In this document: positions 16,805 through 31,123 of the stretch, in pieces | Numbering within the stretch: the stretch's first letter is position 1 | Layout of the letters: each line of letters starts with the position of its first letter | Made by a program: the position numbers and the translations under genes | Notes under the pieces: generated by a model | Databases searched by the model: none | What the model was told of the DNA's origin: nothing | The model's input: the letters and a program-made list of their open reading frames with translations, nothing else | Origin: Podarcis pityusensis | Lineage: Eukaryota | Length of the DNA: 64,000 bases | Assembly: GCA_964106645.2 (NCBI GenBank) | Contig: OZ067038.1 | Reading direction: 5' to 3' (one strand)

Positions 16805-17702
16805 TAGTGGTGTCTGCAGTGATACATCTACAGTTGTTCAGGTGCACACCACAGAACATTGTTCTAGACTATAATAATAAGAAAGGGAATACTGTATGCT
16901 ATCCCTGACCCTTCCTCTCAGGTTTAGGTCTTGTTACCAGTTCCTGTCCATACACACATGAACCCCCTAACTTACTCAATGTCTATAAAGCTACTGATTT
17001 GTGGAGCTTTACTGGGAACAATTATGCACTGAGTTCTGTTGCAGAAGTGGAAATTCCTGTGTGAGCAGGGCAACTTTGCTGGATCCCACTCTTGGAACTC
17101 AGTGGGACTTACTTCCAAGTAGAGACATTAAATAACTAAACTTCCACAGTTCCTTTAAATTTTATTCCAAGTAGTTTCTGACATTATCTTACTGGGAAGT
17201 TGCACATTAGGGGATTGTGTATTACTGCTATTTAACAGTAATGTGCAGGACCGGACACTGCCTAAACTGTAAAGAAATAAACCTGAGGCATGAGGTAAAT
17301 TTCATGAAAATCCAGAACACTATGTTAGCGTCTTCTGCAATAATACATTTACCTATATTCCTCATGGTCCATATATGTGATGAGGCAAATCTTCGCTTAC
17401 ACAGAGTCAGGCACTAGGTTTTATTATTGACTAGTAAACGATTATACAATTAGTATCCAGGATATACATTCCACACCAAGTCCCAGTTCAAGAAACTGTT
17501 ATGCATTGTATATGCTATGGCAGGAGGGGCAGGTCCTATTGGCAAAAGAAGAGCCGGATCTAACATAGGGAAATAGCTGAATAAAATGTTGCTCTTTTTA
17601 AAAAAATAAATCCATGAAATCCAACATTCAAATTTGTTAATCTTCTCACCAGCGGCATCTGTTAACAAGTCAGTTTATTTTTCATTTGAAAGCAACATTT
17701 AA

Positions 17703-17924
<222 letters not shown>

Positions 17925-18127
17925 TGACTACATACATGGAGACTGTAGGAAAAAATTATGATACCAATTTTAGGTGAATAGATCTGATAAAGAGTGCTTG
18001 CATAGTCAGTGTGTGCTTAACTTTTTTTTAAAGTGATGTGAATAAGCAATATTAATGCTACACATCATCAAAACATGTCAGCAGTATAAATTTCAATAGC
18101 AGTTAGCAGAAATTTGATTAGGATTGA

Positions 18128-18409
<282 letters not shown>

Positions 18410-18910
18410 TAATCAATATGTTTATATTTATGGTAATGGAAACTGCAGTCTTGTGGGATACCAGGATAGGGTTTGCAGTTGTAGGACAAATATTGATATT
18501 TATTAAATTATTATCTCTGTTGGGGGGAGGGGTAACTTCACGATTACCTAAACACTAATCTTGGAGAGAATGGGGGGCAGGAATAGGATAATTTTGTACA
18601 AGGTGGTGGTTTTTGGTAAAAATGCCACAAACAAGTATCATTCCACAAGAGCAGAACAGGGAACAATTACTGTGACCAGCACTTTGTCTATGGTGTTCAG
18701 CTTAAATTCAGTTCCTTCCCCTCGCATCAGATTGCTTGCAAGTGTGCTAAAAAAGAGGAAAGGGAGCAGTCCTTCTGCTAGGGCCATGAAGTAACCACGT
18801 TTAGTTCTGCTAAAAACGGTTTTTGCGTTTTTGTCATCTATACTACTTTCCCCCAAAGGTAATCTTTTATAGAAAAAAAAATTGTGTTTGATTCCTCCCC
18901 AACTTCTTAG

Positions 18911-20327
18911 GCAATTTCATGCAGCCCTTGGTGACTTGCGAGAAGCCATAAAGTTGTGCCCTGGAAACCAAGAAATAAAGAGGCTTCTAGCTCGAGTTGA
19001 AGAGGAGTGCAAACAACTCCAGAGAACACAGCAACAAAAGCAGCAGTGTCCTCTGCCAGCCCAACCGAGCAATGACTCTGACAATGAGGGGGAAGCTCTT
19101 GTTCAGGATCACTTCAGTCTGGAAGAGATAGAAGAGGAGGAACTTTTGCATGAAGACGAGCCTGGTCCATCTGGGCAGAGGCTGCCACTTTCCCAGGCTA
19201 ATACATCAAGCAGCAGAAACTCTCAGGAAGGCAGTCAGCAGAAATTTAGACCCATATCCCCTCCAAACAGAGCAGGCAGTAAATTCCTGAGAGAGCCTGG
19301 CTTAACTATGCAGCCCACAAAACAAGCACAGATCGTAAAAACCAACCAGCACCTGAATTCCGTCCAGTCTGTGGCAAGAACTGGATCTAGTCAGTCCAGC
19401 ACAAAGACTCAGCCTCTTCAATATCTTCCTCCAAGCCCTGTGACCTCCAGGCACCTCACAAATCCAAGCTACAATAAAAGCCAGCATTTGGATGGGACAA
19501 GTACACTATCAGCAAATATCACCACGGGCAATAACAGCTCAGCAGTATTCAGTGAAAGACCGACAGCAGTCCAGGTTCCCTACTTGCAGCATAGTGATAA
19601 AGGATCGCCTCATTCCTTCATGAGCAAGTCCAAAACGCATGAGAGGCTAGCTGTCCACACTCCTGCAAACATCGAAAACACAGGTCCATTACAATCTCAA
19701 GGAACTGGTGAGTTAAGGCAGCAAAACCCTCTCTGTCCTGGTCTGCTTTCTGTTAGCATGGTAGCTTCCAGCTCAACAAGCAGCCTGTCCTCAAGCAGCA
19801 GCTTCTGCGAGAGTGTAAAAGGGCAAAGTCCAGATATTCGGCTCAAGGAAAGCAAAGGTAGTCAATGTCAGAGTGGAACAGCAGAACATAGGCCTCGGAA
19901 TACTCCCTTCATGGGGATCATGGATAAAACTGTGCGGTTCCAGCAGCAGCAGCAGCAGCAGCAGATGAACCTATCAAATCGCAGTTGGCATGGCCAAGCT
20001 GCAGAAGGGTTCCTGAAAAGTGCTGGAACGACACTGACTTTGAGCTGTGAGCAGTTCTCTGCCAAACATGCAGGCAGCTATGGCAATCCTGCAGCTTGCT
20101 CTTCAATACCAGGAGAGAGCATCCAGAACGGAACTCAGCCTAAAGAACTAGAGGAACTACAGTGCCAAGCATCTGCCTGCACACAAGATAGCAGGGTAGG
20201 CAAGCCTGTGGCTCATTTGTACCAGGAAGTTCTCTCTAAACAGCACACTCAGCTTAATAAAGACATTCATTTGAGTCACGTGACTTCTACAAAGCCAAAG
20301 CGATCTTTCGTAGAATCTAATGTCTGA
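18911..20327 (+). CDS. TANC1: TANC1 terminal coding exon (TPR end, disordered tail, PDZ-binding ESNV, stop)
   Basis: cttag|G acceptor; ORF 18882-20327 ends KPKRSFVESNV-TGA. Confidence 0.95.
19941..19964 (+). repeat. Coding (CAG)8 polyglutamine tract in TANC1
   Basis: Pure CAG x8 encoding FQQQQQQQQM. Confidence 0.95.
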
Positions 20328-21482
20328 ATAATGCTAGCCATTTTATTACAAACTAATAATAGTGATGAACCATCTCCCTGGTTGTTAAACTTAGTGCATT
20401 GTAGCATATAAGTTACTGATATTAATCACTAATATTTTACAGGGTGCATAACAGAAACCAGATCATCCAGCCACTTCTTTAACGCTAAGACTGTCCACAG
20501 CATGCCTGTGACTATTAATCAAGAGATGAGTGGCCACCATAGAGTTAAGAAGCTATTTGTTTATGTAGGAGAATATGTTTTTTCTAAGAGAGGATTTAAA
20601 CAGGCTTGCCTGCTTAACTAGACTGGTCAGTAAATCAAGCTGAGTCCTTTTGAGAAAGGCAAATACAATTATTTTGTACAGCCATGTATATCTGTTACTG
20701 CTTGAAATGAATTAATTCCTGCAAGGTGGTGGGATCAACAGAACATCCAAATCTGTCCATGAATGTTCTTTATCAGGAAGATTTAGTAGTAGTATTCCAG
20801 TTTCATAAGGATTCAGGTATAAACCTATCACCTCTGTGCAAATCATTCAGCAGCCAATGTGCAACTGAGGTTGACTTTCATTACTGCAATTTAGGAGGTA
20901 AATTACAGGATATTTTGCATGAATTTTGTCCAACATCCTGGTTATTGCACTGAGTATATAATTATGATTATGACATGTTAACAACATATAACAGCACTTT
21001 ACATAGTTTATTCAAACACCTTTTGAGGTGCTATGTCAGTACAAGATGGAGGATAAAGAGGAATACAAGCTTTGCTAGCGTTTTTACAGAACACTCAACA
21101 AATGTCTGAGGAGTATAGCATGTGCATTTACTTTATAGGAACGACATCTAATACTTTCCTCAGTGTTTCACAGTGGAAAAGCTTTTTCAATTTCAAGGAT
21201 GTTTTCAAGATGGGTAGTTTGTAAGGACATTCCTGTGAGGTTGGAGTTATACAAGCTTGGAGTATTCTGTTGCCCTTTAACAGTGATTTCCATGTGTACA
21301 GTATGTAGGTACATTATAACAGCATTCTTGTGTGATTTTTTAAAAAACTTGCAATTTAAAAAATGAATTGTTATTCTCTACTCTAGCTTATTTATTGTTT
21401 ATCTTGGTATTTGTACAATCTTATTTTATTCTCTTGTTCTGTAGATCTATTTTTTGCACAGCTACTGTATTTTCCCATATGA

Positions 21483-21488
21483 AATAAA
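21483..21488 (+). terminator. Probable TANC1 polyadenylation signal AATAAA
   Basis: AATAAA preceded by U-rich/UGUA elements and followed about 20 nt later by GU-rich TTTTTGGTTGGGTAGT. Confidence 0.65.
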
Positions 21489-22318
21489 AGACTATTAATA
21501 TAATTTTTGGTTGGGTAGTATGCATACTCTTTCACTGATCTACCTTCTCCAGCTGTTGTGCCAGTCAGTCATCACTAATGCAACTTCAATAAGGTTTTGG
21601 TAGGAAACCATCTGACCCTCCAAATTTTCCATCATCTACAGTCAGCATGGCTAACGGTCAATGATCATGGGAGTTGGAGTGCAACAGCATCTGAAGACCT
21701 ATAGTACACCCTTATTCTATGGGTACCTCTCTGCACCAAAGGTATATCATAAAAAGTTATTGACATGTCCAAATACTACTGTTAACAATGCTGGTTCTCC
21801 AGAAGTCCTCACTGAGGTACCTACTACATACACATGGCTGCATCTTCAAGCCCCTTGGAGTATTTATGAACATCAGAATTGTACAAAATAGCACTGAAGA
21901 TGATGTGCTTATTTAATTAGCCTTAGTTTGAGAAGTTTGTCATTTAGTTCTTGGACCATGCTTCACTGAATATAATAGTCAACTGCTAATTAAGGAAGCA
22001 TGATGTCAATGTTGGCTCCTAGCCAAAGTGATCCTGCCATTCACTGCTGACCAGTACCCATGCCACATCTAATCAGGGCATGCAAACTCTTCAGCCTTTT
22101 CATCCTTTATACTAAGCCCTACAGTGCACAGTATACTTAGCTGTATGCTCCAAAATTAAACTTTTGTTGACAATGTTCTTTACATATTTTTAAATGATAC
22201 AGACAAGAGCCTATGAAAGGTCATTTTAAAAAAAATGATTTCTTCCAATAATTTTCATTAGGCCCCAAAATGAAATACTTAAATTGTTGCAGCTGCATAA
22301 TTTCTAAATTATATTTAA

Positions 22319-22324
22319 TTTATT
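22319..22324 (-). terminator. Candidate WDSUB1 polyadenylation signal
   Basis: TTTATT on + (AATAAA on -) about 340 nt after the stop codon. Confidence 0.4.
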
Positions 22325-22664
22325 ATTGAACATAATCCAGCAGATGCTTGGCTCTTACTGAAATTAATGGGACACAATGCTGTGCATGTGGATGTCCCAC
22401 ATGCATGTCATTAAGTATCAATGGAAGTTACCAGATAAATATATAAAATTTCAACTTTAACTTGATCATGCTTAACACAAAAAACATAACTTATAAATGC
22501 AAGAATAAATCATGTTAGGTAGCAATTTGAATTCTGATCAGATTAAATCAAGGGGCTGAATTTATACAGAGGTACAGTGAGAGACCACAGCACAAAGATG
22601 TTTACTGTTGTATTCACCTACCTTCAGCTTCATTCCCACTTATTTGAAAGAACAATCATACTGT

Positions 22665-22843
22665 TTAGGGAGACTGCTTTTCATTATATTTTGGCTGAGT
22701 TTCCAACCAGCGATTGATAGCCATTTTCAAAGTTCTGTTTGGGGTAAGTATAAGTCTCTGAAGAGGGAGATTTGTCATGGGACTGGAATGCCTTTTTTCG
22801 GTGATCCACTTTTCCATTGCTTCCTTCTCATAGGAATAGCCAT
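22665..22843 (-). CDS. WDSUB1: WDSUB1 last coding exon, U-box C-half ([14 protein letters not shown]...KQSP*)
   Basis: ttttcag|AT acceptor, TAA at 22667-22665; translated by hand. Confidence 0.94.
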
Positions 22844-24094
22844 CTGAAAAGAGAAGTACAAACTTTACTGGAAAAGGGTATATGCATGCATGTCCTACAA
22901 AAAAACAAACAATAAAACCTTAAAGACATTCTAGAAAATTGCCTTGGCAGAATACAGAGTTAAAAGGCCGATATGTAAGTGAGCTGGGCAACGTTGGTGC
23001 CCAAAACCTTGAAGAGCTACTGCCAGTTGCAGAAGAAAATCCTTTTTCCCTTTTCAGCACAAGGGCTGCATTACAATTTGGCTCACCATCCACGGACTGC
23101 ATGCCTGCAGTGGCCAGGGCCAACCCTCACAGGCATCCAGACTCTTGCCTCTCCTTGTGCAGGAATTAGACTTCTTAAAAAGCATCAGAACTTTTTTCAG
23201 GCTTAAGTACCAGAAGGGTGATCTCTGTGGGCAAGGTGGTAGTGCATATGGAGGGAAGCTGCAATCCTCACATAGCAATTAGGCTTTCAGTGGAAGGCTT
23301 TCTTCCAAGTCAACTGCTGCACAGGAAGGGGGTTTTGTAGCAGTATTGGAGAACATAAGGAAGGCAAGAGATGATCTTCCCCCAACTACAACCCCCAGCA
23401 ACAGGCCTTACAAAGCTTCCATTCACACCCACAGAGGTTTTGAAAAATCAAATCTTAATTACTGCAGGGAAAGAGCTAATAGGGAAGCCCTGCAGGCTGA
23501 TAATTCTCCACCTCTGCAGTAGAGTATCCTGGGCTAGTTGGAGCCCGTGGTCGTTACTGTATGAACATTGGAAGCTATTTCATGCAGTGAAAACGACACT
23601 TGGGTCTATCTGCTTGAACATACAGTAAATTAGATTGCCAATATTGTACCCTCCAGATTGTTGTAGACCAGGGATGTCCAACTTCAAAGAGACTGCGATC
23701 TACCACCACTATAAAAACACTGGCAGTGATCTACCCATTGGATTGACCAAAGTTATTGAGCTTTTGGGGGGGGTGTAATCGAACTGGATCACACAATCGA
23801 CCAAGAACAGCATCAGACAGCATGACCAATCATCAGGGATGATGGAAGTTGTTCCCAGCATTGGGAGGGAACCGTGTCGGCTACTGTAAACAATGTAAGC
23901 ATGAATACAGAACTCCCTCAACCATATTTCCAACGTTAGGCAGAGGCACACTTGAAATCACCACAGCATGTACATTCAATATGGCACTGGAGCTCTTTGC
24001 AACTCTGATGTTTTTGCAAATACTTCTCCAAGTCACAATTCTTGTAAAGTGGACCTCACTCCTTATTCTTGCCCCCTTTCTATTGTCTCAACTA

Positions 24095-24306
24095 CAGTAG
24101 TACCTCGGGTTACAGACACTTCAGGTTGCAGACTCCGCTAACCCAGAAATAGTACCTCGGGTTAAGAACTTTGCTTCACGATAAGAACAGAAATTGCGCG
24201 GCAGCGGGAGGCCCCATTAGCTAAAGTGGTACCTCAGGTTAAGAACAGTTTCAGGTTAGGAACGGACCTCCAGAACGAATTATGTACTTAACCTGAGGTA
24301 CCACTG
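24095..24306 (+). mobile_element. Tigger-like MITE, family A
   Basis: TA|CAGTAGTACCTCGG...GAGGTACCACTG|TA. Confidence 0.87.
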
Positions 24307-25402
24307 TATAGGTAAAATTTAGATTTTTTTAGATCTTTTCATTTTGCATATGAGACACTATACTGCAAAGCCATATGAATGCTATTTTATAAGATCAATA
24401 ACTAGATACATTTACACCTATAGTTTATGTTGCCTGAACCATGATTGCAATTGCACTCATCATAGGGGTTACAATTAAAATAAAAAGATAAGACTGAACA
24501 CTGTTTTCTGTTGGTAGAGAAAAATATTCTCCCACCAACCTTCTCCAAACATTTGCTGAATGAAAGCTGGGATTCTATGCACATCTATTATATTACTTAT
24601 TTTAATATGAGCTTTAAAATTGGTTTCCCAAAGTTCATCACAAAGCTGTCAAAAGAATCATCAGAGCTGCTATGCAAGGTCCCTTGTGCCCATTGCCTTT
24701 CATGTATAAAACAGAAGCACCGAAACAGTGACGTGACTAGGCAGTAAATTGCCATTGACAATCTGCATTTTAATAGCCCTCATTCAATACTGATGCTTTT
24801 TTTAAAAAAAAATGTATGCATTGCCATTTTATTGTAAAAGCCATTGTTTACTTCTGCTTAAGTCGCATACACTTTCCCCAGAAGCATGACATGAACATAG
24901 TTTTATTTGGACATTTACTGAGCACTCATCAAAAAATGTGTCCTGGTTGCCTTTACCTCTTCCTTTTTGAAATAAGAGGAAGAAATGAATCACAATATTT
25001 GCATTTAGCACTTTCCAGCATAAGACTGATATCAAAGTGAGAAAAAGTAAGAGGCACTAAAATATTAATCAAACATTTACTGTAATATCTAATGCATTTT
25101 GTGACAGTGAGTACTTCCCATTGTGCGAGAAATGAAAGGTGACAATGGGGAAAGCAGGCATGTATGGAAGAGTTCACATCTATGCTTTCAAACAGTAGCA
25201 GCCTGCTTCACTTCTATACCTTTATTTCCCACAACTACTTTTTTTGGGGGGGGGAGGGCAACAAAACTATTGCCACTGTTCTTCTTTGCTTTGTTTGTAG
25301 CTGAGAGCAAAGTGATAATTCATAAAACATTGCAAGATACCATGAAATATACTGCTCTGAAGCACTTACAGTAGCTAATTTTGCTCCCCAGAAGTAGCTA
25401 CG

Positions 25403-25434
25403 ACCTGAAGCGTCTGTAACCCGAGGTACCACTG
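25403..25434 (-). mobile_element. Terminal fragment of family A MITE
   Basis: ACCTGAAGCGTCTGTAACCCGAGGTACCACTG|TA. Confidence 0.65.
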
Positions 25435-26279
25435 TATATTACTAACAACCTCTTTCAGCCATCAAGATCTACCAGTGATCAAATTGCAACCTTACAGCAG
25501 CACAAGAATAATCAAGCATATGCACTCACTATAGTGCAATTCTCTATAGCTCGACTCAGAAGCGAGTCCAATTGGGCTCAATAACACTCCAAACAAGTGG
25601 ATATGGGAATGCAGCTGAAGTTTGTGAACTAGACTTTGTAACAGAAGAGTAAATGTCTTATTTTCTGTCCCATTATTCCCAAATATCGTTATATGATGGC
25701 CATTCAAATGAGAGCAATTGTGTTCTGTAGGGACTTGTACTGGCACTTAGAAAATTTGAGCACATTATTCCTTTTTTCAATTTCACATGCAGCTCTACAA
25801 TTGTTTTGTTACTATAAACTTCACAGCAATGAATTCTCTGAAACATTTTAAGATACGCCTTGTTGCATATCATCATAAATGTTTAGTTGCAAAACCAAAA
25901 CCCAGCCTCTGGATAACTCATTGGGGCTGCCATTTTGTCTGGAAAGTAGATGGCAAGAACAGACAAAATGGCAGTGTCCCTGTGACATGTCTGTATCTAG
26001 CAAGCTGTTGACCATCTGAACAACTCCACTAGACTGTGTAGATAAAATGGCATTCTTGGGCACAGGGACTATGCAAAGCCATAAAGAGCCTGCATGCAAG
26101 ACTTTGCTGTATTTACCATAGGAAAGGTTTCCCTTGCTGTTTGGGGCAAGGCTATAATAATATCGAGCACTAAAAGTTTCCTGAGTAGTTTTATATCATA
26201 AAGATAAATTATTAATACCTGAGCCTTTTTATCTGAACTGAAATAATAAAAACATATAAATCACTTTCATCACACCTAC

Positions 26280-26420
26280 CTGCAGCAATGACTGGCTCTC
26301 TCATAAGCTCCCTTGTTATGGGACATAGGAATTCATCAGGGATACCCAAACTGGCAGTTTTCATTTCAGTCCTCAGCTCCTCAATGTTACGCAATACTTT
26401 ACTGCGAAGACCTAGCGATT
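26280..26420 (-). CDS. WDSUB1: WDSUB1 coding exon, SAM end / U-box N-half (ESLGLRSKV...EPVIAA)
   Basis: ttccag|AA acceptor, CAG|gtaggt donor. Confidence 0.94.
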
Positions 26421-29400
26421 CTGGAAAGGAATTCACAATAATGACTTTAGAGTCTTCTTGGTGCCACAATCAAACTTGAAAATGCTTACCTTATGCATAT
26501 ATTGCATAAAGCAGTGGTTCCCAAACTTTTCGCCCCCTGGATCACTTTAAAATCACTGGTGAACAATTTAATTATTTTTCTGCCTGTCATAGCAATTGTA
26601 ATACACTGTGCTAGATGCTGTATGCTTTTAATTGTATTTTATTGTATTACAATTCAAATTGTAAGTGTTCTTTCCACAAATGCCATGGAGCACTTCTGGT
26701 ATAAGTTCATCTCTTCTTTTTCTGTAACACTGAAAAAGTCTAAATGTACCAATTGTGATACCTGGGCACACATTGCCCCTTCAAACATTATGGTATATTA
26801 GAAGAATAGCCCAAATGCTGCTGTTGTATAGTCCTTAAAGATGTCCTGAGACTACAGAGTGAGGATAGGGTAGGGGTAGGCTGGAGTTCTCTTTTTCTGT
26901 CATTCTCTGATGCACCTCATGTTCCCATAAATTAATTGTAGGGGAATAATGTAACTGCAAAGACTAAAAGGCCTACTTGCAGATGGGAAAATAAGACATC
27001 CCCCCCAGATGATTTATTGCTGAAATATTGTAAGAGTGAATGTAGATACTGCAGCAACATAACACTATTTTCAACCAATATCCAGCGAAGAACCAGACAG
27101 GAGAGCCTTTTAAATCACATTGCAGTCAACTTCGGCAGTATAAAAGTATTCAAGCAAATAAAAAACAAGCCTGTTTCAAAGTTGTCATTACAACTCATTA
27201 ACAATGCTCAGAATTCAGTCAGCAAACTATTAACGAACTCCCAAACTGCTTAGATGCCCCACCACAATCATTAATATTTGAACCTTTTATTACTTTCTAT
27301 GTGGATTCTTCACATGTGCAAAAGAAGAGCAGCTGGACTCATTAACTATGTACACGAATTGATATTCTAGTGATGTTTTAGAAAGAAAAGAAAATAACAG
27401 GTAGAAGGAGGTAGAGATAGTGGCTGGTGGGTGTATTAACATACCTTTCCTTAATTCTAATGTGTAACCACATTGAATTTGAATGAATGTGAAAATCCTG
27501 TACTTTATTTCCATGGCCTTTGCTGTCCTAATTTAACTAATGTTTATGTAGTTACATGGCAATTAGCTTAGAAGAGAGGCTGGTTCTATTTGCATGGTAA
27601 TAAAAAAAATGTTCCAAAGAAGTGTCAAAAACAATCAAACAGACTAATGAAATGCTATGTAAACCATCTGCTGGCCACCTTTTCAATTAAGAAAGAAAAA
27701 ACTAATGTAACAGGATGAGCCTAGCCAAACATGTAGAAGTTACACATGTTTTATCTCTATATACTGTTGATTTTAAGAATCTTTTGAACATCTTTAGAAT
27801 TCTTGTTTCTAAACAGATATTTAATGCCTAATATTTCTGTAAACCACTTAGAGGTTTTTTTACAAGCGGTATTTCCTTTTTCTTATAAATAAAGTTAACT
27901 AAGCTAATATGATGCACCTTCTAGGCAGGTTAGACTACATGTGAATTTTAGTTTTTCGTTTCTCCACAGCATTTTGTCATAGATGAGCTCAGGGAGCACT
28001 TAAGACAGCAGCATGTGTCCTGTTCTACCATGAAGCCAGGAGGCAGCTGGTCTGCACAACTCTGCTAATTTCCAAACACCACTAGAGTCCATAGAGGAGA
28101 CTGTCTAATGCTTATGGCAGTCTATATTATATTGTTGTTGTTGTTGTTTTGTAAGCCACTTTGGAATCATTTATGTGGAAGGTGGCATATATGTGATTTA
28201 AAACAAATAATTTACGCTATAACAATAGCTTTTTCATGTGGGGTGGAACTTAAATAATTGGATAGTTCATTAAGCATCTGGTTGGGCAGAACACCATTCC
28301 CAACACATATACGTATGTGCCTATATCTGTATCTTCCTGTGATATATTCTACATTGTATTTATCACATTATGGGAAAGACCATTAAGTAATATCTGCTAT
28401 TGTCTTCTTATGTTAATATTGTATGAATTATGGAGGACAGTGAGTTCTGCTAACTAAAATATTTTAAATTTTGTTTACCCAGTACATCACATAACTGGTC
28501 TCATTATGACATGCTCTGCCACATCTTCTATTATTTTCTTATTTGTAGCTTATAATTAGTTCTCAGTGGTGTCATTAAAAGTCCTAGTACTCAGGCAACA
28601 AGCTATTATGTTGATTTTTCCACAGTGGTAGTGTGTACGCTAGAGGTCAGCCCAGCTAGGGACTTCATCTTCAGTCTCACTGCTTTTAATTTTCATATAA
28701 GCCAACTATCAGCATTATCTTATTAGTTTCAACTGATAAGCTGGGAAACTTTTGGCCTCCTTGAATATTTAAAGAAATGCACACAAAAGCAATTCCTCTT
28801 CCACTTCTTAAAAAAAGTTTGATACAGCATGTAATTTTTTATGGGTTCCAACTTTTGGGTGACATATAGAAAGAAGGTAAGGATTAATAGTGAATTTTAA
28901 AGGCTAATGAGTTCATTCATTCAAGCAGCTTTGTGCTTCCCACTTAGGCAGTGGCTGTGCCACCACTACTAGGCAGAGCAAAAACCAGAGAGATAAGACC
29001 ATTGAAAGGCTATATACACACATACATTTATAGCACTGAAGAAAAGGGCACATTAGAACAGTCTGGTAACTTGTGCCACCACCCTCATGTTCACGGCACA
29101 GTAGAAGTGAAAGCAACTTGCAGTCATATAGGCCTATCCCCTGTCCCATCTAGCTGTCCCTTGCTGGTTGGGGCCAATGGAAGTTGTAGTCCAACAACAT
29201 GTGGAGGACAACAGGTTGAGGAAGGCTGTACCCTATGGCATAATTCTCCATGCATAATTTAATCTACTTCATAAAACTTAAAGATTGGAAATCAAAGAAC
29301 AGTTCTTAAAGTAGAATATGACAAAGGAACCTGATTCAAAACAGGTTATACAAGCAAGCAAAACAAATAATATGCTGCAGAGTAAGATGAAACTTAAGGG

Positions 29401-29727
29401 CCACAAGACTGGAGAATGTTCCTTGAACACTAGAGACAAAAGGGTGTCTGAAATTACAGATCTAATACTACAAACATGGAGTCAGCTGTAGCTCACTGCT
29501 GCATATGCAAACCATGTTGAACTCAGTGTGTATATGAGGAATGGTCCTCAAAATATATATCTTCCATTCTTCTAAGATGAGTGGACAACATTCTCCTCCC
29601 CCCTTGTCAATAGCCATACTCCCTTGGTGGTAATCTGATGGGAGTCTGCATGATGGCAGTGGGCAAGACCAAAGCTGAAAGTATGCAGGGTTGGAGCCAT
29701 AAAGGTGGCGCCATTCCTTTTCTACTA

Positions 29728-29955
29728 CAGTGGTACCTCTAGTTACTAACTTAATTCGTTCCAGAGGTCCGTTCTTAACCTGAAACTGTTCTTAACTAGA
29801 GGTGTGCTTTCGTTAATGGGGCCTCTTGCTGCTGCCGCTGCGCCGCCGGCACACGATTTTCATTCTCATCCTGGGGCAAAGTTCTCAACTCGAGGTAGCT
29901 CTTCCAGGTTAGCGGAGTTTGTAACCTGAGGCATTTGTAACTCGAGGTACCACTG
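29728..29955 (-). mobile_element. Tigger-like MITE, family A variant, reverse orientation
   Basis: TA|CAGTGGTACCTC...GAGGTACCACTG|TA, diverged interior. Confidence 0.85.
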
Positions 29956-30449
29956 TACCTCCTTTCCTCTCTTTCTGCTACCCCCACCTTGCCTTGGTTT
30001 CTCCCATCACCACCCCACTCCTTGCCACTCACATGAAATTAGGGAAAGGGAAAAAAATCCTAGTTCTTCAGACAATCTCACTTAGTAGTAGGCCATTTAA
30101 AGCAAAACTATTTACGTTGACTCGGAAAAAGAGAATAGAGGGAATGAACTCCTAGGTTCATGAAGAAGCTAAAAGCCTCCTGACTTTGAGCTCTGTGCTC
30201 ATTTATTTGAATCAGTTTCTAATACTACAGCCTGGATAAGGTCAGTTTATATGGTCATTTCAAGAACAACAGAGCCACTGGAAACCAGGCAACAACTGTT
30301 TTGTGCAGGGGTTGCGTTCCCGACCCACACACACATCAGTGGAGCACGTGTAAGCCTGCCTCATCCCCTTTTCTGGCCACTTCCAGGTTGTGGCCATGAG
30401 CACATGCATCGAACACACCTAAAACAGTTGTTGCCTGTATTGACTACAG

Positions 30450-30587
30450 CAGCCTTTCTCAACCTGTGGGTCCCCAGATGTTGTTGAACTACAGCTCCCA
30501 TCACCCCTAGCTAGCAAGGCCAGAGCTCAGGGATGATGGGAGTTGTAGCCCAACAACATCTGGGGACCCACAGGTTGAGAACCGCTG
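30450..30587. mobile_element. Palindromic hAT MITE, family B
   Basis: Near-perfect palindrome TTCTCAACCTGTGGGTCCCCAGATGTTGTTG...; degenerate TSD GACTACAG/GACGAGAG. Confidence 0.82.
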
Positions 30588-30953
30588 GACGAGAGGAAGA
30601 GCAGAGCCAGATAGCTCTGCCTCTTTTTACAGAAAGCACTAAACGTATGAATTGGGCTGTGAATTTGTGTACTTGGGCTTAATAGTCAAACCACTACTGC
30701 AATACAAATTTACTAATTAAAATAACCCCACATGGCTAGCACAGCACATTGTGCAGGACTGATTCCTTGGAATATTTTTTAAAGAGAGGAGAAAAAACAT
30801 TTTTTCTCTTTTTTCAGATCTCATGTTAACATGAAATTATATTATAGTTATCATTAGTAACAGGAAAACACCAAATGCAGTAGTGTGAAAATATATGTTA
30901 TCTCTAGTACTGCCAAATATTTTTTCAAGAGTGATATTCACAAGATGAATAAA

Positions 30954-31073
30954 CAGCATTAATCAACCTGGTTCCCTCCAGATATTTTGGACTATAACTC
31001 CCACCATCCCTGACTACTAGCCCTGAGAGTTAGAGTCCAATAGCATCTGCAGGGCACTATGTTGGGGAAGGCT
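30954..31073. mobile_element. Old palindromic MITE, family B
   Basis: CTCCAGATATTTTGGACTATAACTCCCACCATCCC core; ends approximate. Confidence 0.6.
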
Positions 31074-31123
31074 AGCACAAAAATCCTAAAAATATTAACA
31101 AATATTTATCTTAACAGTCTTAC

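Noticed and set aside
25450-27260. Repeat-free intronic stretches that might be conserved non-coding elements
   Set aside because: Cannot be supported without cross-species alignment.
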